Below, piece after piece: positions 27,750 through 37,201 of a DNA stretch of 64,000 nucleotides (position 1 is the first letter of the stretch; each line of letters begins with the position of its first letter). The position numbers were made by a program, and so were the translations under genes. This DNA comes from Candidatus Hydrogenedentales bacterium (GTDB lineage Bacteria; Hydrogenedentota; Hydrogenedentia; Hydrogenedentales; GCA-2746185). The notes beneath the pieces are model-generated. The model worked only from the letters and a program-made list of their open reading frames with translations. It had not been told where the DNA came from and searched no databases. The stretch lies in assembly GCA_038916785.1 (NCBI GenBank), contig JBCLBO010000004.1, positions 6,086 to 70,085 of the forward strand, given 5' to 3'.

Positions 27750-28546
27750 ACGTCGCTGAACTCGAATCGATCACAGTGGTGCGCGGCGGCAAGACGATTC
27801 TCGACGGCGTTTCGTGGACGATCGCCCGCGGCGATCACGCGCTGCTGCTTGGCGCGAACGGCAGCGGAAAGACCACGCTGCTCAAGGTGCTCACGGGTTA
27901 TGAGTGGCCCACGAGCGGCCGCGTGCGCGTCCTCGGGCAGGAGTACGGCGAGTGCGATCTGCGCGAATTGCGGCGGCGCATCGGGTGGGTCAGCAGCGCG
28001 ATGGAACACCGCGTGCCGCCGGAGGACGATGCACTTCGCGTCGCCGCTTCGGGGTTCGACGCGTCATTCGGCCTCTACCGGACAGTGGCCCCGGCGGAGC
28101 GAGGGCGATGCGAGGCGCTCCTCGAAGCGCTCGGCCTTGCACGGTTGGGCGTGCAGCCTTTCGGCTTAATGTCGCAGGGCGAACAGAAGCGCACGCTGAT
28201 CGCGCGCGCGCTCGTGCACGATCCGCCGCTGCTGGTGTTGGACGAGCCCTGCGCGGGCCTCGATCCCGCGAGCCGCGCGGATTTTTTGGATCACGTCGGC
28301 CGGCTTGCGTCCGCGCCCGGAGGGCGGACGCTCGTGTTCGTGACGCACCACGTCGAGGAAATCCGCCCGTGGCTGCGTTGCGCGATGGCGCTGTGCGAGG
28401 GACGCACCATGGCGTCGGGGCCGGTCGAGTCGGTGCTCACTTCCGAAGTGCTCACGCGGGCGCTCGCGCGGCCCTGCCGGCTTGAACGCGTGGATGGCGA
28501 GTACCGGCTGGCGCTGAGCGCGTCCGGAGCGGATCAGACGGCGTAA
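27746..28546 (+). CDS. ABC transporter ATP-binding protein (stand-alone ATPase)
   Basis: Walker A GANGSGKTT, signature LSQGEQKR and Walker B LLVLDEP are all present. The start overlaps the pcm stop as ATGA. Confidence 0.75.
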   Translation: MNVAELESITVVRGGKTILDGVSWTIARGDHALLLGANGSGKTTLLKVLTGYEWPTSGRVRVLGQEYGECDLRELRRRIGWVSSAMEHRVPPEDDALRVAASGFDASFGLYRTVAPAERGRCEALLEALGLARLGVQPFGLMSQGEQKRTLIARALVHDPPLLVLDEPCAGLDPASRADFLDHVGRLASAPGGRTLVFVTHHVEEIRPWLRCAMALCEGRTMASGPVESVLTSEVLTRALARPCRLERVDGEYRLALSASGADQTA

Positions 28547-28938
28547 GGCCTGCGGCCGGACTTTATCGCGTCCGACACGATCTTCAATATTTTGGCCGGC
28601 GCCAGGCCCGTGGCCACGCATTCCGCCACGGCCTCGCGGAGATGCCTCCGCACCAAGGCCTCGGTCTTAGTTCGGCTGTTCTCGCGTGCGTTCGGCAGCA
28701 CCGACACGCCCACCCCGCGCCGCCCGCCGACGAGCCCCGTGATTTCGAGATCGCGATAGGCTTTCGTGACGGTATTTGGATTCACTGGCAAGAGCGACGC
28801 GAGGTCGCGGACCGAGGGCAAACTGTCTCCCGGTCTCAGTTGTCCCGATGCGATGGCGAACCGCACCTGGTTCTCGATTTGCATGAAGACCGAAATGGGG
28901 CCCGACGCATCGACACTGATCTGAAAACGCTCTGGCAT
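28534..28938 (-). CDS. GntR-family transcriptional regulator (short YtrA-like subfamily)
   Basis: A winged-HTH motif PGDSLPSVRDLASLLPVNPNTVTKAYRDLE followed by a short C-terminal domain. It is convergent with the ABC ATPase and overlaps it by 13 bp. Confidence 0.6.
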   Translation of the reverse strand: MPERFQISVDASGPISVFMQIENQVRFAIASGQLRPGDSLPSVRDLASLLPVNPNTVTKAYRDLEITGLVGGRRGVGVSVLPNARENSRTKTEALVRRHLREAVAECVATGLAPAKILKIVSDAIKSGRRPYAV

Positions 28939-29113
28939 TTGCGTGGCCTCCCGACGCTGGATCACGAAAGAAAAAAGTATATAGAGTCTGGGTTGATATA
29001 TCAACTAGAATATTTACATAAGTATATCCATTTAGTACAGCGGCACAAGAAACGCCCCGAAACACCCGATTTCCGCAATGGGGGCCTTCCATAACCTGTT
29101 GCAGCGAAACAGG

Positions 29114-29821
29114 TTAAGTTGTTTCCGGCATTCGCGTAAACTTCGGATGATTGCCCGCGATGACCACCGTAATTTCGCCCTTCGGAGTCTTGCCGCCGAA
29201 TTCCTGGGCCAAGTCGGCGAGGAAGCCCCGGTGGATCCGCTCGAACTTCTTGGTCAGCTCGATACACACGGCGGCACGGCGATCGCCCAGGGCCGCGAGC
29301 GCGTCGGCCAGAAACGCCGCGATGCGGTACGGCGACTCGAAGACCACGAGCGTGTGAGGGCGGTCGGCTTCTTCCGCCAGAAAGCGAATCCTCGCGCCGG
29401 ATTTTTTCGGAGGGAACCCTTTGAACGTGTAACTGGACGTCGGTAGGCCGGAGGCCACGAGGGCCGTCTGCACGGCGCTCGGGCCAGGAATCACCTCGAC
29501 GGTGTGTCCGGCGTCGATCGCGGAGGCGGCGAGGCGGTACCCCGGATCGCTGATTGCGGGCATACCGCCGTCGCTGCACAGCGCGACGCTGCGGCCCTGC
29601 GCGAGTTGCGCAAGGAGCGCGGCGCCGGCGCGCTCTTCGTTGTGCTCGTGATAGGCGACGAACTTGTCCTCACGCTGAATCTCGTAGCGCTGAAGGATTT
29701 TCACCGTCTGCCGGGTGTCCTCGCAGGCGAGCACATCGGCCTCGCGCAGCATGCGGAGCGCGCGGTGCGTGATGTCTTCCATGTTGCCGATCGGCGTGGC
29801 CACGAGCCAGAGGGTTGCCAT
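29114..29821 (-). CDS. rsmI: 16S rRNA (cytidine1402-2'-O)-methyltransferase
   Basis: MATLWLVATPIGNMEDITHRALRMLREADVLACEDTR ... LCSDGGMPAISDPG is the tetrapyrrole-methylase fold of RsmI. Confidence 0.8.
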   Translation of the reverse strand: MATLWLVATPIGNMEDITHRALRMLREADVLACEDTRQTVKILQRYEIQREDKFVAYHEHNEERAGAALLAQLAQGRSVALCSDGGMPAISDPGYRLAASAIDAGHTVEVIPGPSAVQTALVASGLPTSSYTFKGFPPKKSGARIRFLAEEADRPHTLVVFESPYRIAAFLADALAALGDRRAAVCIELTKKFERIHRGFLADLAQEFGGKTPKGEITVVIAGNHPKFTRMPETT

Positions 29822-29923
29822 GAGGTCTCCCGCGCGTGCCGCGCGTGGTTCCGGGATTGCAAGCGCCTGCATTATACTGGCGCGGCCGCTGCAACACTCG
29901 CGCGCGCGCAGGATGACCGTGCA

Positions 29924-30901
29924 ATGGAAAACAGCGAAGTCGTCGCCGTGCTCGAGGAGATCGCCGTCTTGCTGGAACTCTCCGGCGAGAACCCGTTTAA
30001 GGCGCGGGCGTATGAAAACGTCGCGCGGCGCATCGAGGGTATCGACGAGCGCGTCGCCGACTTGGCGAAGGAGGGCCGGCTTCGCGAGATCCAGGGCGTG
30101 GGCGACGCGCTGGAAGAAAAAATCACCGAGTTCGTGAAGACCGGCAAGTTGAAGTACCACGAGGACCTGCGCGCGAAGTTTCCGGACACGCTCTTCGAAT
30201 TGTTCCGCATTCCGGGCCTCGGTCCGAAACGCATCAAGCAGCTATATGACGAGCTCGGCATCAAGTCCGTGGCGGAGTTGGGCGCGGCGGCCGGCGGGGG
30301 CAAGCTCGAAGCCCTGCCGGGGTTCGGGAAGAAGCTGGAGGAGAAGATTCTCCAGGGGATCGAGTTTTCCAAGGAACAGGAAGGGCGCCACCTCTACAAC
30401 GTCGCCTTCGAGGAAGCGAAGCGGCTGAAGGAACTCATCGAGTCGGAGGCGTCTACGACGAAGGTCGAGATCGCCGGAAGCCTTCGCCGCTGCAAGGAAA
30501 TAATTAAGGACATCGATATTCTGGCGTCGAGCAAGGACCCCCAGGCGCTGATGCACCGGTTCGTGAACGATCCGCGTGTCGCGCGCGTGACGGGCCACGG
30601 CGACACGAAGTCGAGCGTCGTGCTGAAGTCGGGGATCGCCGCGGACCTGCGCGTGGTGAGCGAGCCGGAGTTTCCGTATGCGCTCGTGTATTTTACGGGC
30701 AGCAAGGAGCACAACGTCGTTTTGCGACAGCGCGCGAAGGACCGGGGCGTGATGCTGGTGATCGGCCCGGATGCGCATAGCGTTGATGGCATCGCTGACA
30801 TGGAGTACGGCGTAGGCGTCGCGCGCAAGGGCTGGCTGGGGCCGGAGAATTTGCTGAATTGCATGACGCTGGCGGCATTCCGCAGATGGCAGAAAGGCTG
30901 A
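29924..30901 (+). CDS. Family X DNA polymerase (Pol beta-like core) with a truncated PHP domain
   Basis: 8-kDa and HhH domains (LPGFGKKLEEKI), palm (GSLRRCKEIIKDIDILAS) and thumb (YFTGSKEHNVVLRQRAKDRG). Only about 45 aa of a PHP-domain C-terminus (IGPDAHSVDG ... ARKGWLGPENLLN) follow. Total length is 325 aa versus about 570 for a full PolX. Confidence 0.65.
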   Translation: MENSEVVAVLEEIAVLLELSGENPFKARAYENVARRIEGIDERVADLAKEGRLREIQGVGDALEEKITEFVKTGKLKYHEDLRAKFPDTLFELFRIPGLGPKRIKQLYDELGIKSVAELGAAAGGGKLEALPGFGKKLEEKILQGIEFSKEQEGRHLYNVAFEEAKRLKELIESEASTTKVEIAGSLRRCKEIIKDIDILASSKDPQALMHRFVNDPRVARVTGHGDTKSSVVLKSGIAADLRVVSEPEFPYALVYFTGSKEHNVVLRQRAKDRGVMLVIGPDAHSVDGIADMEYGVGVARKGWLGPENLLNCMTLAAFRRWQKG

Positions 30902-30904
30902 CCC

Positions 30905-31576
30905 GTGGCCAAGGAAACTCTAGCGGCCACGCGCGCCCGCGCGAAAAGGGTCTTCGACCGCCTGACGAAGGCGTATCCCGGCGCGGAGTGTTCGCTCGAT
31001 CACGTCGATCCGCTCGAGCTGCTCGTCGCCACGATCCTCTCGGCGCAATGCACGGACGAGCGCGTGAATAAGACAACGCCGGCGTTGTTTAAACGATTCA
31101 AGACCGCGGAGGATTTCGCGGAGGCCCCGCAAAAAGAACTGGAGAAGTACATCCAGTCCTGCGGGTTCTACAAGAACAAAGCCAAGAACATCATCGGGGC
31201 GTGCAAGCAGATCGTGGAGCAGCACGGCGGCGAAGTCCCGCGCACGCTCGAGGAATTAGTCCGCTTGCCGGGAGTCGGCCGCAAGACGGCGAACGTCGTG
31301 CTCGGCACCCTCTTCGGAGTGCCGGGGGTGGTGGTGGACACACACTGCGGCCGCCTCGCGCGGAGGCTCGCCTTCACGAAGCACGAGGACCCGGTCAAGG
31401 TCGAGCACGGCCTGATGAAGGTCTGGCCCGAAGAAATCTGGTCGCTCTTCTCGCACCTGCTCGTGTATCACGGCCGCGCGGTGTGCTTCGCGCGCAGCCC
31501 GAAATGCTCAGCCTGCCCCGTGCGCGAGCTGTGCCCCTTCCCCGCCACGCGCGACGGCAAAAAAATAGCAAAGTAG
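30905..31576 (+). CDS. nth: Endonuclease III
   Basis: HhH-GPD motif LPGVGRKTANVVL and the C-terminal 4Fe-4S cluster loop C-x6-C-x2-C-x5-C (CFARSPKCSACPVRELC). Confidence 0.85.
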   Translation: MAKETLAATRARAKRVFDRLTKAYPGAECSLDHVDPLELLVATILSAQCTDERVNKTTPALFKRFKTAEDFAEAPQKELEKYIQSCGFYKNKAKNIIGACKQIVEQHGGEVPRTLEELVRLPGVGRKTANVVLGTLFGVPGVVVDTHCGRLARRLAFTKHEDPVKVEHGLMKVWPEEIWSLFSHLLVYHGRAVCFARSPKCSACPVRELCPFPATRDGKKIAK

Positions 31577-31664
31577 GGGCGGGGCCCCGTCCCCGCCCGG
31601 TGACAGAGCGGCAAGGGGGCGGGGACAGAGCGGCTACTGGGCGGGGACAGGGCCCCGCCCCTAC
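31573..31664. terminator. Large palindromic REP-like element (26-bp arms gtaggggcggggccccgtccccgccc / gggcggggacagggccccgcccctac) between convergent genes
   Basis: Read directly. It overlaps the nth stop codon. The same arm sequence recurs in the tandem array at 35.7 kb. Confidence 0.7.
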
Positions 31665-31843
31665 TGGATGGGCGCGATCTCCAGAGGATCGTACACGATT
31701 CGTTCTTCGGAGGGCGCGCCGCCGCCCGCCTTAAACTGGCAGGGTCCAGTCGAGATCAGACGCGATTCCACGGCTCCGTGAGCGAGTGTGGCGGTGAACA
31801 CCGCGATCGACGAAGCGCACGCTGACAGGAATCGCCTAGCATG
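31661..31843 (-). CDS. Possible small secreted protein (about 60 aa)
   Basis: Internal Met MHARRFLSACASSIAVFTATLAHG looks like a signal peptide. It has no family, and the longer ORF upstream of it is Arg-rich noise. Confidence 0.15.
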   Translation of the reverse strand, partial: HARRFLSACASSIAVFTATLAHGAVESRLISTGPCQFKAGGGAPSEERIVYDPLEIAPIQ

Positions 31844-32095
31844 CATGAGACACTCCTCCCGCTCCGGTCGCCGTAGTATTGGACGGCGCGACTTCGTCAA
31901 AGGTTTCAATAGGCTCCGCGAAGGATACAGCGAAGGAAGAAGATATTTTCCGGCCATGATTCCCAAGAATAACAAGATTCCGGAACTCAATCCTGTAGAT
32001 CCTGTAAATCCTGTCCGCCCTTGCCTCGGTCCTCTGAGGGTCCCACATCTCGCGAGCAACTCAGAAACGGAGCGGCCTGATAAACTGCTCGCCGT

Positions 32096-34378
32096 ATGGC
32101 GACATTGACAGGATTTATCCTTACCCGCACCGCGCGCGATGTGGCCGAGGGCTGCGAACTCGAGTATTGGGTCGCGTCGGAGGCCGGTCCGGCGCGCGTG
32201 CTCGTGCAGCGGCACGAGCCGGTGTTTTTCGTCGAGTGCGGGCGCGGCAAGCTGACCGGTGCGCGGCGCGAGCCCTTGGAATTGGCGACGATGCCGGGCG
32301 TGCCCGTGGACGGTGTCTACTTCCGCACGCTACGGCAGATGCGCGAGGCCCGCGAGTCGCTCGACCGGCAGGGCGTGCCTGCCTTCGAGTCCGACGTCAA
32401 GCCCGAGGACCGCTACCTCATGGAGCGCTTCGTCCGCGGGTCATGCGTGATCGAGGGCGAGGCGGCGCAGAAGCAAGGCTACAGGGAATTCATCAGTCCC
32501 ACGATTCGCACCGCGGACGAGACACCGCTGTTCAAGGCGGTCTCGCTCGATATCGAAACGCACGGCTTCGAGGGCGCGATCTATTCGATCGGCGTGGCGT
32601 CGCCGCGCGGCGAGCGCGTGTTCATGCTCGGCGAGGGCGGCGATACGGAGACGGTATCCTACTTCCCAGACGAGAAAGCGATGCTCGAGTCCTTCTTCGG
32701 CTGGCTCGCGGAAGACGACCCCGATCTGATTCTCGGGTGGAACGTCGTGGACTTTGATCTCCAGTTCATGCAAAAGAAGTGCGACGAGCTGAGAATTCCG
32801 TTTCGCCTCGGCCGCGCGAAAAGCAAGGCCTTCATCGTCGCTGCGATGACGCAGGGGCAGTCTGCCATTGCGAAGGTGCCGGGGCGTGTGGTGCTGGACG
32901 GCATCCATCTATTGCGGCTCGGATTTTGGGATTTTGAGAGCTACGCGCTGGACAATGTCGCTTCCGAACTCCTCGGCCGCAAGAAACTGATCACCGGCGA
33001 GACGGACCGGCTGCGCGAGATCCGGCGGATGTTCCGCGAGGACAAGGCGGCGCTCGCGGCCTACAACCTCGAAGACTGCCGCCTCGCGTTCGAGATATTC
33101 GAGAAGGCGCGCCTGGTCCATTTCGCCGCGGAGCGCGCGCGGCTCACGGGGCAATCGATGGACCGCCAGGGCGGGTCGGTCGCGGCCTTCGATTTTCTGT
33201 ATCTGCCGAGGCTTCACCGCGCGGGCTGCGTCGCGCCGGACGTCGGCTCCGCGATGCCCGAGGCGAGCCCCGGCGGCTACGTGATGGACTCGCTGCCGGG
33301 CTTGCACGACAACGTCCTGCTGCTCGACTTCAAGAGCCTGTACCCGAGCATCATCTGGACCTTCAAAATCGATCCGCTCGGCATGGCGCAGCCGGGGGAG
33401 GATGCGGTGGCTGGATTCGGCGGCGCGACCTTCCATCGCGAGCGGAACATTCTGCCGGGGCTGGTCGAGGAACTCTGGCGCGCACGCGACGCCGCCAAGC
33501 GCGACAAGAACACCGCCCTCTCGACCGCGATCAAGATAATTATGAACAGCCTCTACGGCGTGCTCGGCACTTCCGGCTGCCGCTTCTTCGATGCGCGCCT
33601 CGCCAGCTCGATCACGCGGCGCGGGCACGATCTCATCCGCCGCAGCCGCGAGTGGATCGAGGCGCAGGGCTACAAGGTGCTCTACGGCGACACCGACTCG
33701 TTGTTCGTGCTGGTCGGTGCGGGCGTGGCGGAGGAGGAATGCAAGGCGATCGGGAAGCGGCTCGCGGCGGAACTGAACGTCTGGTGGACGGCGACGCTCG
33801 AGAAAGAGCATCGACTCGAATCGCACCTCGAGATCGAGTTCGAGAAGCACTACTTGCGGTTTTTCATGCCAACCACCCGCGGCACCGAGGTCGGCAGCAA
33901 GAAACGCTACGCGGGATACCTGCGCGCGGACGCGCAGGCATTCGAGGTCGAATTCACCGGCATGGAGTCCGTCCGCACCGATTGGACCCCGCTCGCGCGC
34001 GAATTTCAGCGTGAACTATACCGGCGCGTTTTCGCGGGCGAGCCGTTTGAGGAGTACATTCGCGCGACGGCGTCCGCCGTGCTCGCTGGCCAGCACGACG
34101 AAAAGTTGGTATACAAGAAACGCCTGCGGCGAAAGCTCGAGGAATATACCAAGGTCGCGCCGCCGCACGTGCAGGCCGCGCGCAAACTCGAGCGGCCCGG
34201 ACGCTCCATCTCATACGTGATCACGCTCAACGGCCCCGAGCCCGCCGAAAAGCGTACGTCGCCTTTAGATTATGGGCACTACTTGGATCGCCAACTCGCC
34301 CCCGTCGCGGATTCGATCTTGCATGTGTTCAGTCAGACTTTTGAGCAACTCACGAGCCAGCAGATGGAAATGTTTTAA
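32096..34378 (+). CDS. polB: DNA polymerase II (family B)
   Basis: 760 aa with exonuclease motifs (SLDIETHG) and the polymerase motifs SLYPSII and YGDTDSLFV. Confidence 0.85.
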   Translation: MATLTGFILTRTARDVAEGCELEYWVASEAGPARVLVQRHEPVFFVECGRGKLTGARREPLELATMPGVPVDGVYFRTLRQMREARESLDRQGVPAFESDVKPEDRYLMERFVRGSCVIEGEAAQKQGYREFISPTIRTADETPLFKAVSLDIETHGFEGAIYSIGVASPRGERVFMLGEGGDTETVSYFPDEKAMLESFFGWLAEDDPDLILGWNVVDFDLQFMQKKCDELRIPFRLGRAKSKAFIVAAMTQGQSAIAKVPGRVVLDGIHLLRLGFWDFESYALDNVASELLGRKKLITGETDRLREIRRMFREDKAALAAYNLEDCRLAFEIFEKARLVHFAAERARLTGQSMDRQGGSVAAFDFLYLPRLHRAGCVAPDVGSAMPEASPGGYVMDSLPGLHDNVLLLDFKSLYPSIIWTFKIDPLGMAQPGEDAVAGFGGATFHRERNILPGLVEELWRARDAAKRDKNTALSTAIKIIMNSLYGVLGTSGCRFFDARLASSITRRGHDLIRRSREWIEAQGYKVLYGDTDSLFVLVGAGVAEEECKAIGKRLAAELNVWWTATLEKEHRLESHLEIEFEKHYLRFFMPTTRGTEVGSKKRYAGYLRADAQAFEVEFTGMESVRTDWTPLAREFQRELYRRVFAGEPFEEYIRATASAVLAGQHDEKLVYKKRLRRKLEEYTKVAPPHVQAARKLERPGRSISYVITLNGPEPAEKRTSPLDYGHYLDRQLAPVADSILHVFSQTFEQLTSQQMEMF

Positions 34379-34382
34379 GAGC

Positions 34383-34497
34383 AGCCACGGATTTGACGGA
34401 TTGAACGGATCAGTTTCTGGAGTGCGTGCATGCCGCACAGCAGGGCGATTTAACAATCGATCGAAATTGATCCGTCCAATCCGCTAAATCCGTGGCT
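34383..34497. terminator. 29-bp near-perfect inverted repeat (agccacggatttgacggattgaacggatc / gatccgtccaatccgctaaatccgtggct) with a loop of about 57 bp, between convergent polB and the gluconolactonase-like gene
   Basis: Read directly. The right arm overlaps the stop codon of the minus-strand gene. Confidence 0.7.
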
Positions 34498-35369
34498 CAT
34501 TTCTGGTGGATTAACGGCAACCCCGGCTCCGGTGCGCAAAACACCGGGATGTAGGGGCCGCGCAGCGAGCCGACGTACGCCGTGCGCAGGTCCGGGCCGC
34601 CGAAGGTGATGTTGGTGGGGCGGCGGACGAGTTCGCCCTTGGGGTCGTGTAACACGACGTGGAATTTGCGGTCGGGCGTGATGATGCCGAGGCCGTGCAT
34701 CACCACGAGCGTGACCCAGAGATTGCCGGCGGCGTCGAATGCAATGCCGTCTGGGTGGCCGGTGGGGCCGAAGTCTGGGCCGTAAGGCTCGGGCCGGCCG
34801 ACCGTGCCGTCGTCGTGAATCTCGTAGCGGATGACGCAGCGCCCCATCGTCTCCGCGACGTAGACGAATTTCTCTTCCGCGTCGAGCGCACAGCCGTTGG
34901 CGAAGAGGATGCCCTCGGCGAGGATGCGCGCCTGGCCGTGCTCGATGCGGCAGAGCGAACCGTCCGGCACCGGGTGGCGCTCGGCGTCTTCGTGGCGGCG
35001 GAGGCTGGTCGAATTCGTGATCCAGATTCGGCCCTGCGAGTCGACATGCGGAAAGTTCGGCGTCGGCATCGGCCGGCCTTCCATCGAGTTCGTGATGACA
35101 TCGTGCGAGCCGTCTGCCCGCAGGCGCTGCACCTTGCCGTTGCCGATGTTCGCGATGATCACGGTGCCGTCGCGATCAATGCAGATGCCATTGGGCTCGC
35201 CGCCGAGATCGCCGAGGTTTTTTTGCGAGCCGTCCGGCGCGATACGCGTGCAGTGGCCGCCGCCGTGCGAAGTCCACACGGTGCCGTCCTTCAGCGCCAT
35301 GACGCCCTCGGGGCGGACGAGATCGCGGCCGAATTTTTCGACGGAGTTGAGTTCGATCTTGAATGACAT
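34497..35369 (-). CDS. SMP-30/gluconolactonase/LRE-like beta-propeller protein
   Basis: 290 aa. The repeats (DGSLCRIEHGQARILAEGILFANGCALD ... PDGIAFDAAGNLWVT) match the six-bladed SGL propeller. Confidence 0.65.
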   Translation of the reverse strand: MSFKIELNSVEKFGRDLVRPEGVMALKDGTVWTSHGGGHCTRIAPDGSQKNLGDLGGEPNGICIDRDGTVIIANIGNGKVQRLRADGSHDVITNSMEGRPMPTPNFPHVDSQGRIWITNSTSLRRHEDAERHPVPDGSLCRIEHGQARILAEGILFANGCALDAEEKFVYVAETMGRCVIRYEIHDDGTVGRPEPYGPDFGPTGHPDGIAFDAAGNLWVTLVVMHGLGIITPDRKFHVVLHDPKGELVRRPTNITFGGPDLRTAYVGSLRGPYIPVFCAPEPGLPLIHQK

Positions 35370-35615
35370 GTGGGACAGCCCTCGGCGGTTATGCGCTCAT
35401 CGTAATGGGAATTGCGGGCAGAGTCGAGCGGATTCATGCTGGATGGCAGCTTGGCGACAGGGACTGGGAGTTTCCGGTTTGCCGACGGGGAGATTCTTCG
35501 CTATCACCGCTAAGAAAACGCGTCCGCCATCGTCATTCAGAATTCCGAACCCGCTACGGCCTGAAAGCTCGTCTCATAGGTGGGCGCCCGCGGAATCCCG
35601 TTGTGTCCGCAGACT

Positions 35616-35893
35616 CGGGCGGCCACAGGGGGCCGCCCCTACGGCTCTTCGTGATTTATCGTTTTCCAGAATAAACAATCCACAGGTCGTAGGGGCGGGG
35701 CCCTGTCCCCGCCCTGCCTTCGGAGCGGCGACTTCGGTACGCACAGGGCGGCCACAGGGGGCCGCCCCTACGGCATCTATCGTTTTCCAGAACAAACGAT
35801 CCACAGGTCGTAGGGGCGGGGCCCTGTCCCCGCCCTGCCTTCGGAGCGACGACTGCGGTACACATCGGGCGGCCACGGGGGGCCGCCCCTACA
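35616..35893. repeat. Tandem array (period about 121-129 bp, 2.3 copies) of a composite REP unit containing two hairpins (gggcggccacagggggccgcccctacgg and gtaggggcggggccctgtccccgccc)
   Basis: Read directly: the first-hairpin copies begin at 35616, 35745 and 35866. No spacer/repeat regularity of CRISPR type is present. Confidence 0.85.
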
Positions 35894-35903
35894 GTTTGAA
35901 AAG

Positions 35904-36827
35904 TCAGCGCGCCTTTTCGAGCTGGCGGCCGAAGATGCGGTAGGGCTTGGGCATGCTTTTCGCCTTGAGCAGCGTGCGCATAGCTTCGCCGAAGACCAGG
36001 TCGGCCGCCGTCGCCGCGCCATTCTGGAAGCTGACCACGCCCACGCTGACGCTCGCCTTCGTCGGGAAGCCGGGGTCGGAGAACACCGTCGCATCGATGT
36101 CGTTCATGACTTTCTCGCCGTACTTCATGGCGTTCGCAAGTTCGGTGTGGGGGAGCAACGCGACAAAAAGGGTGCCGTCGTAGCGCGCGAGCACGTCGTA
36201 GGAGCGCGTGTAGCTGCGGATGGCCATGGCAACCTCAGCGAGCAGGTCGTTCAACTCCGCCGCGCCGCATTTCTCGTTCATCGCCTGGACGCCGTCCACG
36301 TCCACGATGACGCACGAGACGGGGTAGTTGTAGCGGTGGGCCTTGTCGACCTCCTCTTGCAGACGCTCCATCAGGAACCGGCGGTTCCGCAGGCCGGTGG
36401 TCTGGTCCGTGTAGCCGGAGTCCTCGTTCGCGTCGGCGCCCGGCGCGGCGCCCTTCATCCGCAGGGCCGATTCGACCCGGAGCATGAGCATGGGGAGGTT
36501 GAAAGGCTTCGTGACGTAATCCACGGCCCCCAGCGCGAAGCCGATTTCGTGGTCCTCGGGCTCGGTCCGGCCCGTGACGAAAATGACCACGATGTCCTTG
36601 GTGGCGGGATTGGCCTTCAGCCGCCGGCAGACCTCGTAACCGTCCATGCCGGGCATCGACACGTCCAGCAGGACCAGGTCAATGCCCCCCTTGGCGCACA
36701 GATCCAGCGCCTCCTGGCCGCCACCGGCCGGAACCGCCTCGATCCCCGTCGCTTTCAACCCCTCGCAGATGACTTCCGCGAGCGCCGCCTCATCGTCAAC
36801 TACGCAAACTCGGATTTTCTCGGCCAT
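35904..36827 (-). CDS. Response regulator with receiver domain plus a degenerate GGDEF domain
   Basis: Receiver: VCVVDDEA ... LVLLDVSMPGMDGYEV ... KP. The GGDEF-fold C-terminal domain carries RYDGTLF in place of the canonical RYGG(D/E)EF motif. Confidence 0.65.
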   Translation of the reverse strand: MAEKIRVCVVDDEAALAEVICEGLKATGIEAVPAGGGQEALDLCAKGGIDLVLLDVSMPGMDGYEVCRRLKANPATKDIVVIFVTGRTEPEDHEIGFALGAVDYVTKPFNLPMLMLRVESALRMKGAAPGADANEDSGYTDQTTGLRNRRFLMERLQEEVDKAHRYNYPVSCVIVDVDGVQAMNEKCGAAELNDLLAEVAMAIRSYTRSYDVLARYDGTLFVALLPHTELANAMKYGEKVMNDIDATVFSDPGFPTKASVSVGVVSFQNGAATAADLVFGEAMRTLLKAKSMPKPYRIFGRQLEKAR

Positions 36828-36986
36828 GTTAAAAACGGGAGCCCCCTTCGGTCAATGAGTCGCCCCCAAGTACAACTTCCCCGATACCATTGTACCCTAC
36901 GTTTTTGGATTTAGGCAAAGGGCCTTCGGGCGCGCCCCGTCAAAGAGGCATCACGGCTGGACGGAACAGACGTGAAACACCAGAGA

Positions 36987-37134
36987 CTAGAAGCTATCCC
37001 AAAACCACCTTTTGTTGTCATTCTGAACGAAGTGAAGAATCTCGCTCTTCAACTCTGCTGGGAAACATCGCTCATTCTTGCAATACATCAGTAGAATTCC
37101 GCCCATCGCTCAGAGGTTTTGGGATAGCTTCTAG
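36987..37134. repeat. 148-bp element bounded by a 20-bp perfect inverted repeat (ctagaagctatcccaaaacc ... ggttttgggatagcttctag) in a low-G+C islet
   Basis: Read directly. It may be a MITE-like element or a structured RNA. Confidence 0.6.
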
Positions 37135-37201
37135 CAATTCACTTCACCTTCTGCAACCCCACCGTTCAATTTCGTCGTAATTTTAAGGTGCGAAAGGACG
37201 A

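Noticed and set aside
34497-35369. Alternative plus-strand ORF 34659-35366 (235 aa)
   Set aside because: Antisense to the SMP-30/gluconolactonase-like gene, which shows the repeated propeller-blade motifs.
35370-35900. Possible CRISPR array
   Set aside because: The repeats are about 125 bp composite units containing two different hairpins with conserved, non-unique intervening sequence (no variable spacers). No cas genes are nearby. It was classified as a tandem REP array.
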